From Hyphochytrium catenoides (lineage: Eukaryota > Protista > Hyphochytriomycota), in assembly GCA_900088475.1 (NCBI GenBank), contig FLMG01004374.1:1-64000 (forward strand): a DNA stretch of 64,000 bases, read 5' to 3'. The notes under the pieces are model-generated. The model saw only the letters and a program-made list of their open reading frames with translations, was not told the origin of the DNA and did not search any database. The translations under genes were made by a program, and so were the position numbers. This document shows, piece by piece, positions 12,632-24,443 of the stretch (positions within the stretch are counted from its first letter, which is position 1; each line of letters begins with the position of its first letter).

Positions 12632-13699
12632 CGACAAGATTTCCATTAATAAATTCTTGCTTTGACTGGCTCTTACCCACAGCAAAGCTGTGTTTAGAAC
12701 CTGGGCAGGCGTGAAGAGCTGCACAAAGCAACTAAAGCCCAGCTTTTCCCACAGACTCAGGTCTTAAATATGGCCATGGCCTTAGGTGTTCTTATCGTCA
12801 GGTGCAGCGTTACTACGAGTAAGATAGCTATAATGGACGAGGCGCCAGACCTGCCCGCCTCGATATCAATTAGTAAAGATGCAGCCTTAAGGTGATCTTT
12901 TCCGTGCTTAATAGTAGAGTTGAGCGTAATACGATCGTACCGCTGCATACAACACAGTCGCGATTAGGTCCTGCGAAGGCGACACAGGGCCTTCCTGACT
13001 CACAACGAGTCTTTGTGGGCTGTAGCTTTCCTGCCTTAGGTAAGGTTAAACGGGTAATCAGAACGAAGTAGCTTGCCTCTTCTAAGCTATCTCTTGTGCC
13101 TTAGAAGAGTCATTGCCGCTTATATTAGTTAGAAAGCTATCGGCTATGCCTCTCCCTACCCTGGCCGCACCATCCTTTGGTAAAACTCGCACTAGCCCAT
13201 TCGCTACTCCCAAAGTCTGTAGCCTGATGCCTTGCCATGCTCTCCGTAGTATATACGAATCCGTGCAGCCAACAATTTATGCGCGCAGAGAAGAAATCTC
13301 CAGCATAGGAGCGCTCTTAACCATCTCTTTCTCTGTTAACTGTGCCTTGCAGTTTCGCGAAGAGGAAGGCGACCACCCAAGTGGTAAGGAGCTAAGTATA
13401 GATTGATGCCCCATCAGGGACAGTCTAGTGTACAAACCATGAAAGACGTGTAACCAAAGTAAACGAATTGACGAGTGACGTCCCTTCCTTCTTTTCACAA
13501 TGGAAGATGGAACTGGTAGCTTCTGTTGCTGGGATCCCCGCGCGTAGGTGTGACACCTAAGAAGTGGACGTCAGTCGACGGGAACACCAAAGAGAGAGTA
13601 ACAAAAGGTAGCAGCTTGTCAAGATTGACTAGTCCTGAGTAAATGATGTAACTGACCTTGTTGCTGGCTGCTCTGACCCAAAACAAGCTCTTCAATGTC

Positions 13700-16477
13700 T
13701 GAACCTTTTACACCCACTTCTTCTCTCGAAACGTGCTCCAAGAACATCTGAGTTCGAGGGGCAAAGGCAAGCAGGTGATAAGGCCTCCAACGTTGATAAA
13801 ACAGAGCAGCAAAGTATATCCAAGGAACAAGAAAGAACGTATAACGCGAACTTTAGGCAAGTGCGTGAGAGACTGCCGTTGCGTGCAAAGAAGCAGTCTT
13901 ACATCGAGTTCCGCTTCAGTTCCTCTTGCCGGCGCCTTCATCTTCATAGCATCCGTCTCCGCGTGGCTCTGGAAGCCAATAGGACTAAAAATATTTACAG
14001 GGAGACCGAGCTTTGGTGAGGGCTGTAATCCACTCCCATCCGATGCCTGAAGATGCTGGAAGAGGTTGGAAGTTTGTGACAGATTAAGCTGGTTCAGCGT
14101 CGGGTCAAAGCCAGCGTAGGTCCCTATAAAGTGAAAGATAATCAGCCATCCTCTAGACAAAGATCAGGACAGCATGCACTAGTACATAGCAAAACCGCGA
14201 AACAGAAGGGTTAAAACAGAAGGGTTAAAGCTTAAATGTCACATCAGCACAGACTATGCGTGGAGCTATTAAACCGGTGAGTAAGGTGACATAGTGGACA
14301 GGGGAAGACATAGCAGGAAACTTCAGTGGCCTCTCCTAGGCTTACCATATATCTGGTGCAAGCTAGGCGCGTCAATGATGGGAGGAACCGCCGTCTGTGT
14401 CTGATAGAAAGGCTCAAAGGAGCTCAGACCTAGCTGCTGCGGCCAGAATGTTGTCGTGGGTCCCTGTTGCTGCATTTGTGTGGCTGGGAACCACTGCTGC
14501 GCCTGATAGTGCTGCTGAGATTGAGCAGCAGCACGTGAAGATGGTGTCGTATCTATTGCTGGTGAGGGGTTCTCTTCCTTAGGCTCAATATAACCCTGAT
14601 TATCATGCCCATGGGCGGCTCCAGAAGCCGAAGGAGCTCCATCTCCAAAAGTTCCGGCATTATCAGGCTTATTATGGGAAAACATATGCATGAGTAAGGC
14701 AAAAAACCTCAAGCCTATCGCCTTCACCTCTTACCCCTGGAACAATGTTAAGGGCTGCTAGACGAGCAGCTTGTTTGGCGTTGTTGATTTGGACTAGGCG
14801 GGCAAGTTCCGGAGGAAGGTTGGCCGGCACTGCGGGAATACCTAGTTGTCCGGGCTGTGGAGGCCCTTTGTTCTTGCTAGTGGACGTCAATCCTGGAACT
14901 AGCTTCGGCCGTCCAGGTTTGGACTTTTTCGCTGGCTTGATATTCATGGATTTCCATCTACCATACAATTACCTTTGTAAGTATCTCCTCATAACTCACT
15001 TGCCGGGACCGGCAATTGGCTAGGACTAAGAAGTTGGCTTGCGATGCTTACCTCATCTTCACAGCGTCCTCAGTGCGGCCAGGTAGTAGCTGAGCTATAT
15101 GAGACCAACGATTGCCAAGTTTCTCCTGTGCCTCTACAATGATCGCATCCTTAAGGCGGATACAAGTCGATAGGCCAAGGTTAATGCTATGGAATTGCTC
15201 GCCTTCCGGTATTCACCTACCTCTTCAGGCGTGAAGGGTCCCTTATTAATGCTAGGGTCCAGATGGTTTCGCCACCGCTCCCTACACTGCTTGGCCGTTC
15301 TGCCGGGGATAGATGCTGCTACCTGACCCCAGCTATGACAACCCCGTCGCACCATTCTCTCTAATATGCTGTGCAAAGGACATACAAACCTTCAGTGATC
15401 GGCAGGTTGATTCTCCTAGTAGTTGGCTATTCCAACCCCTTCCCTAGCAGAAATTCGCTCATGATACATTCGTGGTCACCCCCTCTAGAGATTCACCTCT
15501 TCGCTACCTCACACACTCTATAGCACGAGTAAAACAGAGCTCTCAAACTAGCTGTGGATCGCGTGACTCGTACCTATCTTCCTCGAAAGACCAGTGGCCC
15601 TTCACTAGCCCTGGTTTCAGCACCTTCCGCCACCTCTGCAGACACTGAGCGTGATTGCGTCCCGGGACCCTCGCAGCGATAGCCTTCCAGTGCCTCTCAC
15701 CGAACTCATCTACTGCGCGCTTAAGAGCTTCGTCTTGCTCCGGCGTCCATCGGCGGACGACGGTAGGAGCATCATTATCGCTATCTCTAGCGTTATCGTC
15801 ATCTCCTTCCTGTTCATCTTCATCCTCCTCCTCCTCCTCTTCTTCTGCCCCTTCAAAAGTACCCTGAGTTTGTTCTTCCTCATCAGAACCTTCATCTAGG
15901 TCTTCATCCACCTGGTAGGGGAAAGCTAGCTTAGCCGCGAGAGAAGTAGTTTGCTCATTCCATGAGCTCTTTTATACTAGCCTACCTTGACCGCCAGTAA
16001 GTCGTCCAAATCAGGAGTGAACTGTGCATTAGCACCTGAGGACGTTTTCACTCGCTCTCGGCTTCTCTCGTCTCGCTTGAGAAGTTCATAATTACTCTGA
16101 GGACGCTCACGCTTACTGAGAGACACGCTTGATGCTTCCATGACCGAGGACCGAGGCGGAGGCATCTGGATCCTATCCTGACTAGACTTCTTCTTAAGAT
16201 CAGAAGGCGTTGAGATATCGGATAGATTTGTTGCTATCATTTTCTTCCCAATCATGGCGATATCCTCTTCAGCCACGATAGAAGAGGAAGATCGCGAATG
16301 GGAAGAGTTTGTTCCCTTAAGTAAGCTTCGCGCATCTCTAAAAGCCAAGCTTCCCTCTAAGGGATGGCCGCTGTTGTCCGCTGCGGTGGTCCAAGACCTA
16401 GTCTTCTGTAGTCCTGACGCCATCTTTTCAATTTCAGCGAAACTCATCCTGGCCCGCCGAGTTGCGCTCGACATCAA
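13700..16477 (-). CDS. Three-repeat (R1R2R3) MYB transcription factor, multi-exon
   Basis: R1 RRWTPEQDEALKRAVDEFGERHWKAIAARVPGRNHAQCLQRWRKVLKP; R2 KGHWSFEED/SILERMV..WGQVAASIPGRTAKQCRERWRNHLDP; R3 KGPFTPEE/DAIIVEAQEKLGNRWSHIAQLLPGRTEDAVKMR/WK. Acidic and Gln-rich flanks. Both 5' and 3' limits are approximate. Confidence 0.88.
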
Positions 16478-18269
16478 CTGAGGCTAATGGGGTTTTCACA
16501 AGAAGGGCGGGCACTTAGTGCAAAACTCCTTGGTTCATCAGGCAGGAAGCCTGGATGCCACCTGAGTTGAGTGAACCCAACGTTACTAGTATGGGAGAGT
16601 CACCAGAACTTCAAGTCGTTTCTTGCTAAAAAGCTTCAACTACCGGGGCCTGAGAAGCTTCCTAGAAAGATAGAAAGGTATAAACGAGAGAATGGCGTCT
16701 AGCAAGCTCCTAGAACACTCTCTGCTTAGAAACTCTTTCTCAACACTATGACAATCTTACTACGGTCTTCAAATATCTATCTGCAGACTGTCTGTTTATC
16801 GATGAGACGAGCTCCACAGTGGCACGAAGACAGGCGCGATTTACAGAAACAGACCTGCGCAATTTATTTGGAGGTGTTTTCTGTCTTGACTCAGACTTAC
16901 AGAGACAGAGCGAAGAGAGACAGAAGAGACAGGACAGGTAGAGAGAAAGAGAGCCGAGATACATAAAAAAGCCCTTATTACAATAGAGTACTGGGAGAAC
17001 GACGTCAACCAGATAGGGCGATTTGGGTGAGAAGGAAAAAGAGAAACAAGAGAGAAGGGGTTTTTTACTCTGCCCTTTTTTTTGGGGGCAATGGTTCCAG
17101 GCTATAAAACACAAGGTAGAACTAGTTCTCAAATAGGCTGTGGAGCTGTTTCCGCTCCTTTCTCGCCATGTTCTTGCGGGCTGCCCTCCTAGCGGATTCT
17201 TTTCGTGGGAATCGTCAATACCCACCGGCCACCTGGCTGCCCTCATTAGAGTGAGATAAACGCTTAGGGAAAGTGCAATGGCGGAGTTATACCAACGGAC
17301 ACCATGGATTAAACCCTATTTCCTCCGATAAGACTCCGAGTAGCTCCATTGTGGGTCATGTCGTCAGGTTTAGGAAAGGTCAATATTTGTAAAATATACT
17401 CATGTTGACCCCATATTCCACATACATCTCCCAATGTCTACTATGTAGGTTATTATTCACCAGCTAAGATATGTCATTTATGCTGTTTGTTGCTGTCAAT
17501 TCCACAGGATCAGACAAGAGTTTCAATGACCCTCTCTCGTACTGGATTTCTACTGTCCCAACAGAGGGAGGAAGGGCCTGGAGAGCAAGAGGAGAGCTGG
17601 GCCGAAGGAAGAAGAAAGCCCTGAGGCTTGAAGACCGATGAGGAAAGAAGAGACAGCTTCCGCTCATCATCTCAGGGCCAGGCCGCGGCGCGGTAAAGGT
17701 CAGATGGGCCTCATTGATGGCCATGTGGATGGCTTGACGGCCAGAGGAATGGACAAGGGCGGACAATGGCTCGGAGATTGGAAGACTGAGAAATTCAATT
17801 GCTGTCCGACGTGCTCTTTCTTTAAAGTGCAGGTGTCTGTCCCTCTGATCTGAGTCTTGGTAGTTCTATGGAAGGTAATAATGACGGCGAACTGAAAATG
17901 CTCGTAGAATCACCTCTGCTCATCGACGACCTGCGAAGATAGAGTTTACCTACTTCTATGAACAGTCAAACACCACAGAGGTTATCTATTAGTGGAACAA
18001 TTCTGCATTTGAAGATGAGAGAAGATGCAGCCCAAGCTGTTGGCTGGCTCGCATGTCACTTCCTTTCTTCCCTCTCAGCTCTAGAAAACACACCAAGGGC
18101 TGCCAAGTGCCTCTTATTATCGCCCTCACCCCACGGCTATAATTTTTACACTCACGAGCCATCATCGTAGTTTCTTGTGGAGCAGGAAGTTGACCCAACA
18201 CCCTTTTTGGGGGCTTCTAGGGCTTCCTATACCCAACGCCTCATCAATGCCCATTTCGCACCTCTAATA

Positions 18270-21200
18270 CTACCGCCAAACAGGCCTTCCTTCTAGCTTC
18301 TTGGGCGTTTGTGGCCGGACAGACTTCGTGATGGAGATATTTCTAGCTATGCGCTGTTTCAAGGGGTAGTCAGAAGTTGAACTACTCTCCCCGACGTTGA
18401 AGAATAGTGAGCTTACCTTGACAAAGGCAGGAGAATCTATCGTGCGTGGCTTAAAAGTGCATTCAGCAATCTCTCGCAGCTCTTGTTCGTGAAGATGCCG
18501 CCGCCTTTTCTCCGCCAGAGCTCTGGTTTGCTTTTGCAATCTCTGTAACAGTATCCAGCGGACAGTAAGGCTCTCACAAACGTACTAGGGTACAAAATGC
18601 GCTACTGAGAACTACCAAGTAGCCTCTATAAACCTTGATCCACCCAATCCCTTCCCTTACTGCCAAACTTGCCTCCAAATATGTTTCTGGCTCAGCCAAA
18701 ACCCGGAGTTTGCCTTCAACTTTTGATGTCCTCGGGTTCAGACGAGGAGAAAATGTCACATCCTCCAATTCCTGCTGCTCTGCCTACAGCGGAGAGCACC
18801 GTGAGACGCATGCGAGGCGAGGAGCAGATGAAGCCGCAGTTGAACGTGGCTTAGAATAGAGAATTTGAAAGTTGGCCACAGAAAATGTCGAAAACAGCCG
18901 ACGGAGAGCCCGAGGCACTCGCCTTCAATCCAACAACTGAAAGTTCAGGCAACTGAGGTTTACTTTAAGAAAGTCAGCAAGCCCCGCTGACCTTTATCTT
19001 GAGGAGCTTCTTGATGGTGTCTCTCTTTAGAGAATCTCCTCTGCTCATCTCTGTAAAAGAGCGCGGTTCTCGTTGGGCACTGAGCCTGTTTATTACCGGA
19101 CGGAATGTGCATTCTGGGTGCTACGGAAGAGTTTGCTTCAGCTACAGTAAACAGATAGATAGAAGAACAAGAAGCGATCTAAGGACACCAGAGAATATAA
19201 GGGTTACCGCTGCGTTGCCCATGAGCTTGCGTGCCATATTAGTTTCTCTTTTGACAAGATCTCTTGCGTGTCTCTCAAAAAAGCTTGAATGAGTAGCGTG
19301 CCCTCGAGGCGTGCTAATCAGTTGAGGAGTGAAGGTAGGAGTCATCGATGACCGAATCTGGACCCAGAGAGCAGAGATTCATGAATGGTCAGTCTGAATT
19401 CCCATAAATATATTAAACATCATTGCCATCGTGGGTATGGGAGCTCAGAGACAAAAGTGAACTGCAAGGAAGATTAAACTGTCCAAAGCTCCATCATCTA
19501 ATGCATTTATAGGTTCCCCGTCAACGGACCTGCTCCAGATGCTTCTTCTTTCGATTGTCAAACGCTTCCTGCTTCATCAAAAACTCCCTGAAGCTTCTCT
19601 CCCTTGCTTCCATCTCTTCCACGGTGAGCCGCTTGCCAGCAGACTGTGGTCTCTGTCTCGGGGCTGACCATGGTCTCTTCGGCAAAATACCGAGGGAATT
19701 TGAAGTCGGTCGTTATGGAAGGAGTAAGAGCATTGAGTTGGAAGAGCAGAGAGCATATGTTCCCGTACACCGAAGAATGAATGAAACATTGGAGCATCAT
19801 GCAGACGTATACAAAAGGGAGGCAAGAGCTCCACCTACCGGCCTTTCGCCATACGACGGGACATCTGGCCTTTGCCAAAAGTCAGTCAGACTTCTAACAT
19901 CCCCCAAGTCATATGGATCAGCCAGAGAAGCGGGCCTCGAACGACTGTAGAGCACGGTCCAGAAACATGGTAATCATAAGCAACACTGACACATGGTTTG
20001 AAGCAGTACAGAAGCTGAAAGATCTGCCATACTTCACTTTGGGGCTTGAAAAAGCTCAACTGGAAGAGCTATCGTACCTCAATCTCTCGACTACATCAAG
20101 TGATAGGTAGTGATGAGCAGATACCATCCTCCGAGGCACCGGGTTGATCGTAGGCTTGAACGATGGGACCTCAGAGGCGGTGTCTCCAGCACGACTTGAG
20201 CGGGGCGAGCACGAACGAGAAGACGGAGCACTGCGAACTCTGGGAACAAGATCTTTGCTCCTAGGATTAATGCTAGGTCTAAAGGTGCAGGTTCGCTGGA
20301 ACTCTTCCTCCTACCAGTGTGAGCGTCAATGGGGTTTACTGGCCCTCTAAGTTCGCAAAGTCGGAAGAGGGTGAACAAAGAAGAGTAGAAGCTTAACTAA
20401 GTTGAGCTTGAGAGGGTGACTCTTCAGAACAACCGATGGTTGAACAGTAGCGGCTTACCTCCAAGAGCTTTGCGCGACGTGTAAGGCTTGCCCTAATCTT
20501 CTCTTTGGACTTGTCCTGGGATAGATTAGAGGCTTGCTCATTCTTTGCCCTTGGAACCTCCTGAAGACGACACTCGACAACGGACCTGATACAATCGCTC
20601 GCTGATAGGTATCTCATGGACATTGTGTCTGCTCCGCTCGACAATCACGGCTGAAGTCTAGGACACAGCTACTTAGAGTGATCTTATATGAGGATATGCA
20701 ACCGGTTCCCTCCCCTGCTCCTTCTATATGCACCCCTCAATTGCTTTACATGTGTCCGACGCAAGATCGCTCTAAAGGTCTCTCAGTCCTTCAATGCCAT
20801 CCTGGTTAAGAGCTTCTCTTACTTTGTTGATGCTGGGACGAAAGGTACAACCAGCAGTCTGGTTCTCAGCTTGCTGTTTCTGGAACTATGTGGAAGTTAT
20901 TGGTCACTTAAACCCTTTTAAAAGGGCATGAGAAGGGCATTCCGTACCATTTTCTCCCTTGTCTCCTTGCTTCGTTTCCATTGATAGGACCGTTCTATGA
21001 ATGGGAGATCTGGTTGTCGAGTGCTTCCATACTGAGAAGGCAGTTGCCTACTCAGGTTAAAATAGGTAAGATTCAAGACTAGCGACATGGTTATGCGACT
21101 CAATCACCTGATCTTAGGTTTAAAGGTGCACTCCTCCATCTCAGCCACCTTCCACTGCATCATTGACTGCATCTTCCGGTTTTCGTGCATGGAGTATGCG

Positions 21201-23142
21201 AACGTGCTGACAAGCCGAGTAGTCGAAGTAGAAGAGACGTCAAGATGAGCGATGGTAAAGAGAGCACATTGGTGAGACTTGCTGCAAAGAGCCAATCAGT
21301 CTCACCATTGACCAGACATGCATCGCAGGACTACTAGTAAAGGGAGATAGCAGGATCCTCTATTTGCAAATGTAGATGACCGAGTGATATGGCAGATAGA
21401 GTAGAGAGAAGAGATATGGTTGCAATGCCAGAGGGTTGCAGGTGCCAGAGTATAGCAGAGGCAAGGAGATCGAAGGGATTAAGGGGTTGCGCCAATCCTC
21501 TTGGCGTTTCTTCTGGAGAAGACGGAGCCTTATCTTGATACGGACCTCTCTCGACCAGCCCTAGACGCGCCATCGTCCAGAAGCTCTCCAAAGTTGCCTG
21601 AGTTACTCGATATTGATCTGCTCCTGGCTGACTGTGGACGTGCGCTGCCAACACTCGTGCTGCCGCTGGGAGAAAGAGCTCGTCGACGATTGATATTGAT
21701 ATCATCGATGCTATTGGCTCTGGACTTTCGAAGTCCTGTCAACGGTAGGAAGAACAGTTAGACAAGTTGACGGAAAGAAGTGTACCCAAGAAGCCCAAGG
21801 CATGGGTATTGCAGCAAACCGGATACGGCTTTAGCAAACTGCAACGACAGTGTCATAACAACCAAACAGAGCTGGAACATGAACAAAGCATCTACATTGG
21901 CAGATGGGAGATGGGGATGACATTCACGATGGTAGGAAGAAAGGACCGAGGGACGGAAAAACGCTTCAAAGGTCGACAACGGCATTTAGGTGGGACTTGC
22001 TAGTCCTGACCTTCAGGAGTCCGGGTCAGAAGGTGTCCTACAGGACTGTGGATAACGTCATTATGTTCAGGCTGCCCAGTATGACTCCCACTTCGATTCA
22101 GCAGTTGTATCGGCTGCTGGCTGTGGACAGACTTTAGAAACTCGTCTACGCTTATCCGCCGGCCACTTTTATGAGAGATGGACGTGACAATGTTGGCGGT
22201 GGAAGGACTTGGATGCAAGCTCACTAAGTTCTGACGGGGCCCAGGTGGAGGAGGCCTGAGTATAATAGTGACTCTCAGTTCCAAGAGAGAAGAGCTATTC
22301 CTCGAGAAGGGAACATGGTCCAAGAAAGAGATAAGCAAGATTGAACCTCTCTTTAGAGGGTCGGAAGTCGCGACATCTAATGTCTGAGATGCATCATAAA
22401 TAGAAGTGGTTGAAGCTTAGAATACTGTGTATGGTCATAAGTCCAATCACACAGAGCCCAGGTGAACAGAACGAGGATAATAAGTGGCTGGTCGTCGCTC
22501 TTTCTTCAAGCAACCGCACCTCGTCTCCTCTTCCTTCTCAAAGTTTACTGTCTGCTGTCGGGATTGTGGAGTTCTCATTCGCTCATCTATTAACCTCTTC
22601 ACGCGCTGTCAGTGATTTCGGTTCTATAATAAGTTATTGGATTGGCCCGTACCTGAATTATTGCTCTCCTGTCTGGGCTTTGGAAATCGGAGACAGAGGT
22701 TCGCATGTGGTGGCCAGCGGAACGAGTATTGTCTTGAGGGTCCGGCTGATCGTCATAGCGAGCATCAAGCCTCTTTCCTACATCCCTTTTTGGAGTTGAC
22801 TTTGGCGCTTCAGAGATCTATTACGCAGACAGGCGTTCAACAAAATTACTCTTCTTTTATGGCATCTCTGCGATCTATAGTCACCTTATGGTCCTCTGCA
22901 TTGACTGATCGGGGCAGAGGACCTGCTGCCTTGTTATCCTTCGAGCTTCTCTGAATCTGACAAATGACGAGATCCAATCTCTGTGAGAGGACGGGCAATT
23001 CAGAGTAGAAAGAAAGGGGTTGGTAGCGAACCTCCGTGACGCTTCTGAAAAAGTCGGCCTTGGTGATCTCATTGTCCCGAAGCTTGTGCAGCAGCGTTAC
23101 AATCTGCGCACTGGCAGAGGACTTGCCAGCTGCAGTCATCAT
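18270..23142 (-). CDS. Uncharacterised multi-exon coiled-coil protein with repeated (E)CTFxP motifs
   Basis: Exons carry MEECTFKPKI (~21120), RTCTFRPSINP (~20280), TPTFTPQL (~19335), PECTFRPVIN (~19110), EDVTFSPRLNP (~18760) and AECTFKPRT (~18455), with a Ser/Arg-rich low-complexity N-terminal half. The exact exon structure is not fully resolved. Confidence 0.7.
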
Positions 23143-23701
23143 TCAGAAAGGATGATGAATCTATAAGGGATCAACGCAACCAGAAGTCGTGAGAACTACC
23201 ATACTGCGATGCGCGGCTCTGCAGGAAGCCAAGAGGACGCTCCTGCAACAAGGGAGTGCAAATCTGGCATTCCTCCTTGTCGCACATTTCAATTGAAACG
23301 GCAAAGCTCCGGCTGTCAATCTCTGAGACCGCCGCTTCGGCTACTACATCCTTTTGCAGGTACATTTCACTTCGCCAGCAGGCGCTATCAGACTCGCGCA
23401 TCTCTGCCTGCTCCTCTACCCAGTAACCCTAAGCCGCGAGTGCTCTGAATGCCATTGGCTTATTGATCTTCATCAGCCCGACAGCTGACCGTTGACGAAG
23501 AAGTTCGCAAACTTGGAAAACCTTGTTATTGTGAAACGCAGAATTGCGCTTGTGATCACCTAGTGATTACTGAACTAGAAATAAGGGTTTGGTTACTGAA
23601 GGAAATAGCGGCAGTTCTCAGTGGATTTTTTCTGTGCCAGCGGAATCAATCTTTAACATCAATCATCAAATCTTCTCACGGCTCTTGAAGAACAAGATCA
23701 A

Positions 23702-24443
23702 CAAGGAGTCGAGGGCAGCGTCGAAGGCGTTAGAGCGGCTGATCAATGAGATGACCAGCTTTTCCAACGTGCGGGCATGCGTGATGAGGAAACGATCCAG
23801 CTCTCTCCTGGAAATCGGCACAGCTTCATCCTCCTCACTGTCAGAGGAGACATCGGGATCATGGGAATCTCCAGGAGGAGAGAAGAAGAGCAGAGTCTTT
23901 GCGTGGAAATTACCACACAGTGCGCATGAGGTCCTTTCTAATGATTTAGCGATACATTTTCTGCTCTGTTTTTCTCTCTTCTCTCTTGGTCCCTTTCAGC
24001 AAGCGATGGCCTCGGAGGTAGAACTCTTGAAGAGCTCTTTGGCAAGTAGCGTTGAGCCCGGTGGAGGTGAAGCTTCCAGGATGGCCAGCGTTGGAGTCTG
24101 GTCGCCGTAGACGACAGCACGATGAAGAGGAGGATACTCTTATGACCCTTGTCGATGGTCCTGCTGCTGAAGGGACGACGATCGTCAGGACACTGACGGT
24201 CCGGTTGGTAAGAGGCAGCGGAGAGTTGCCATTGACTTCGACGCAAAGGCTCTGCTCTTCTTCTCTCCTCCTGGAGATTCCCAGGATCCCGATGTCTCCT
24301 CTGACAGTGAGGAGGATGAAGCTGTGCCGATTTCCAGGAGAGAGCTGGATTGTTTCCTCATCACGCATGCCCGCACGTTGGAAAAGCTGGTCATCTCATT
24401 GATCAGCCGCTCTAACGCCTTCGACGCTGCCCTCTACTCCTTG
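23702..24443. repeat. 203-bp inverted repeat (arms 23702-23904 and 24241-24443, 336-bp spacer)
   Basis: Manual reverse-complement comparison found 4 mismatches over 203 bp. Confidence 0.95.
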
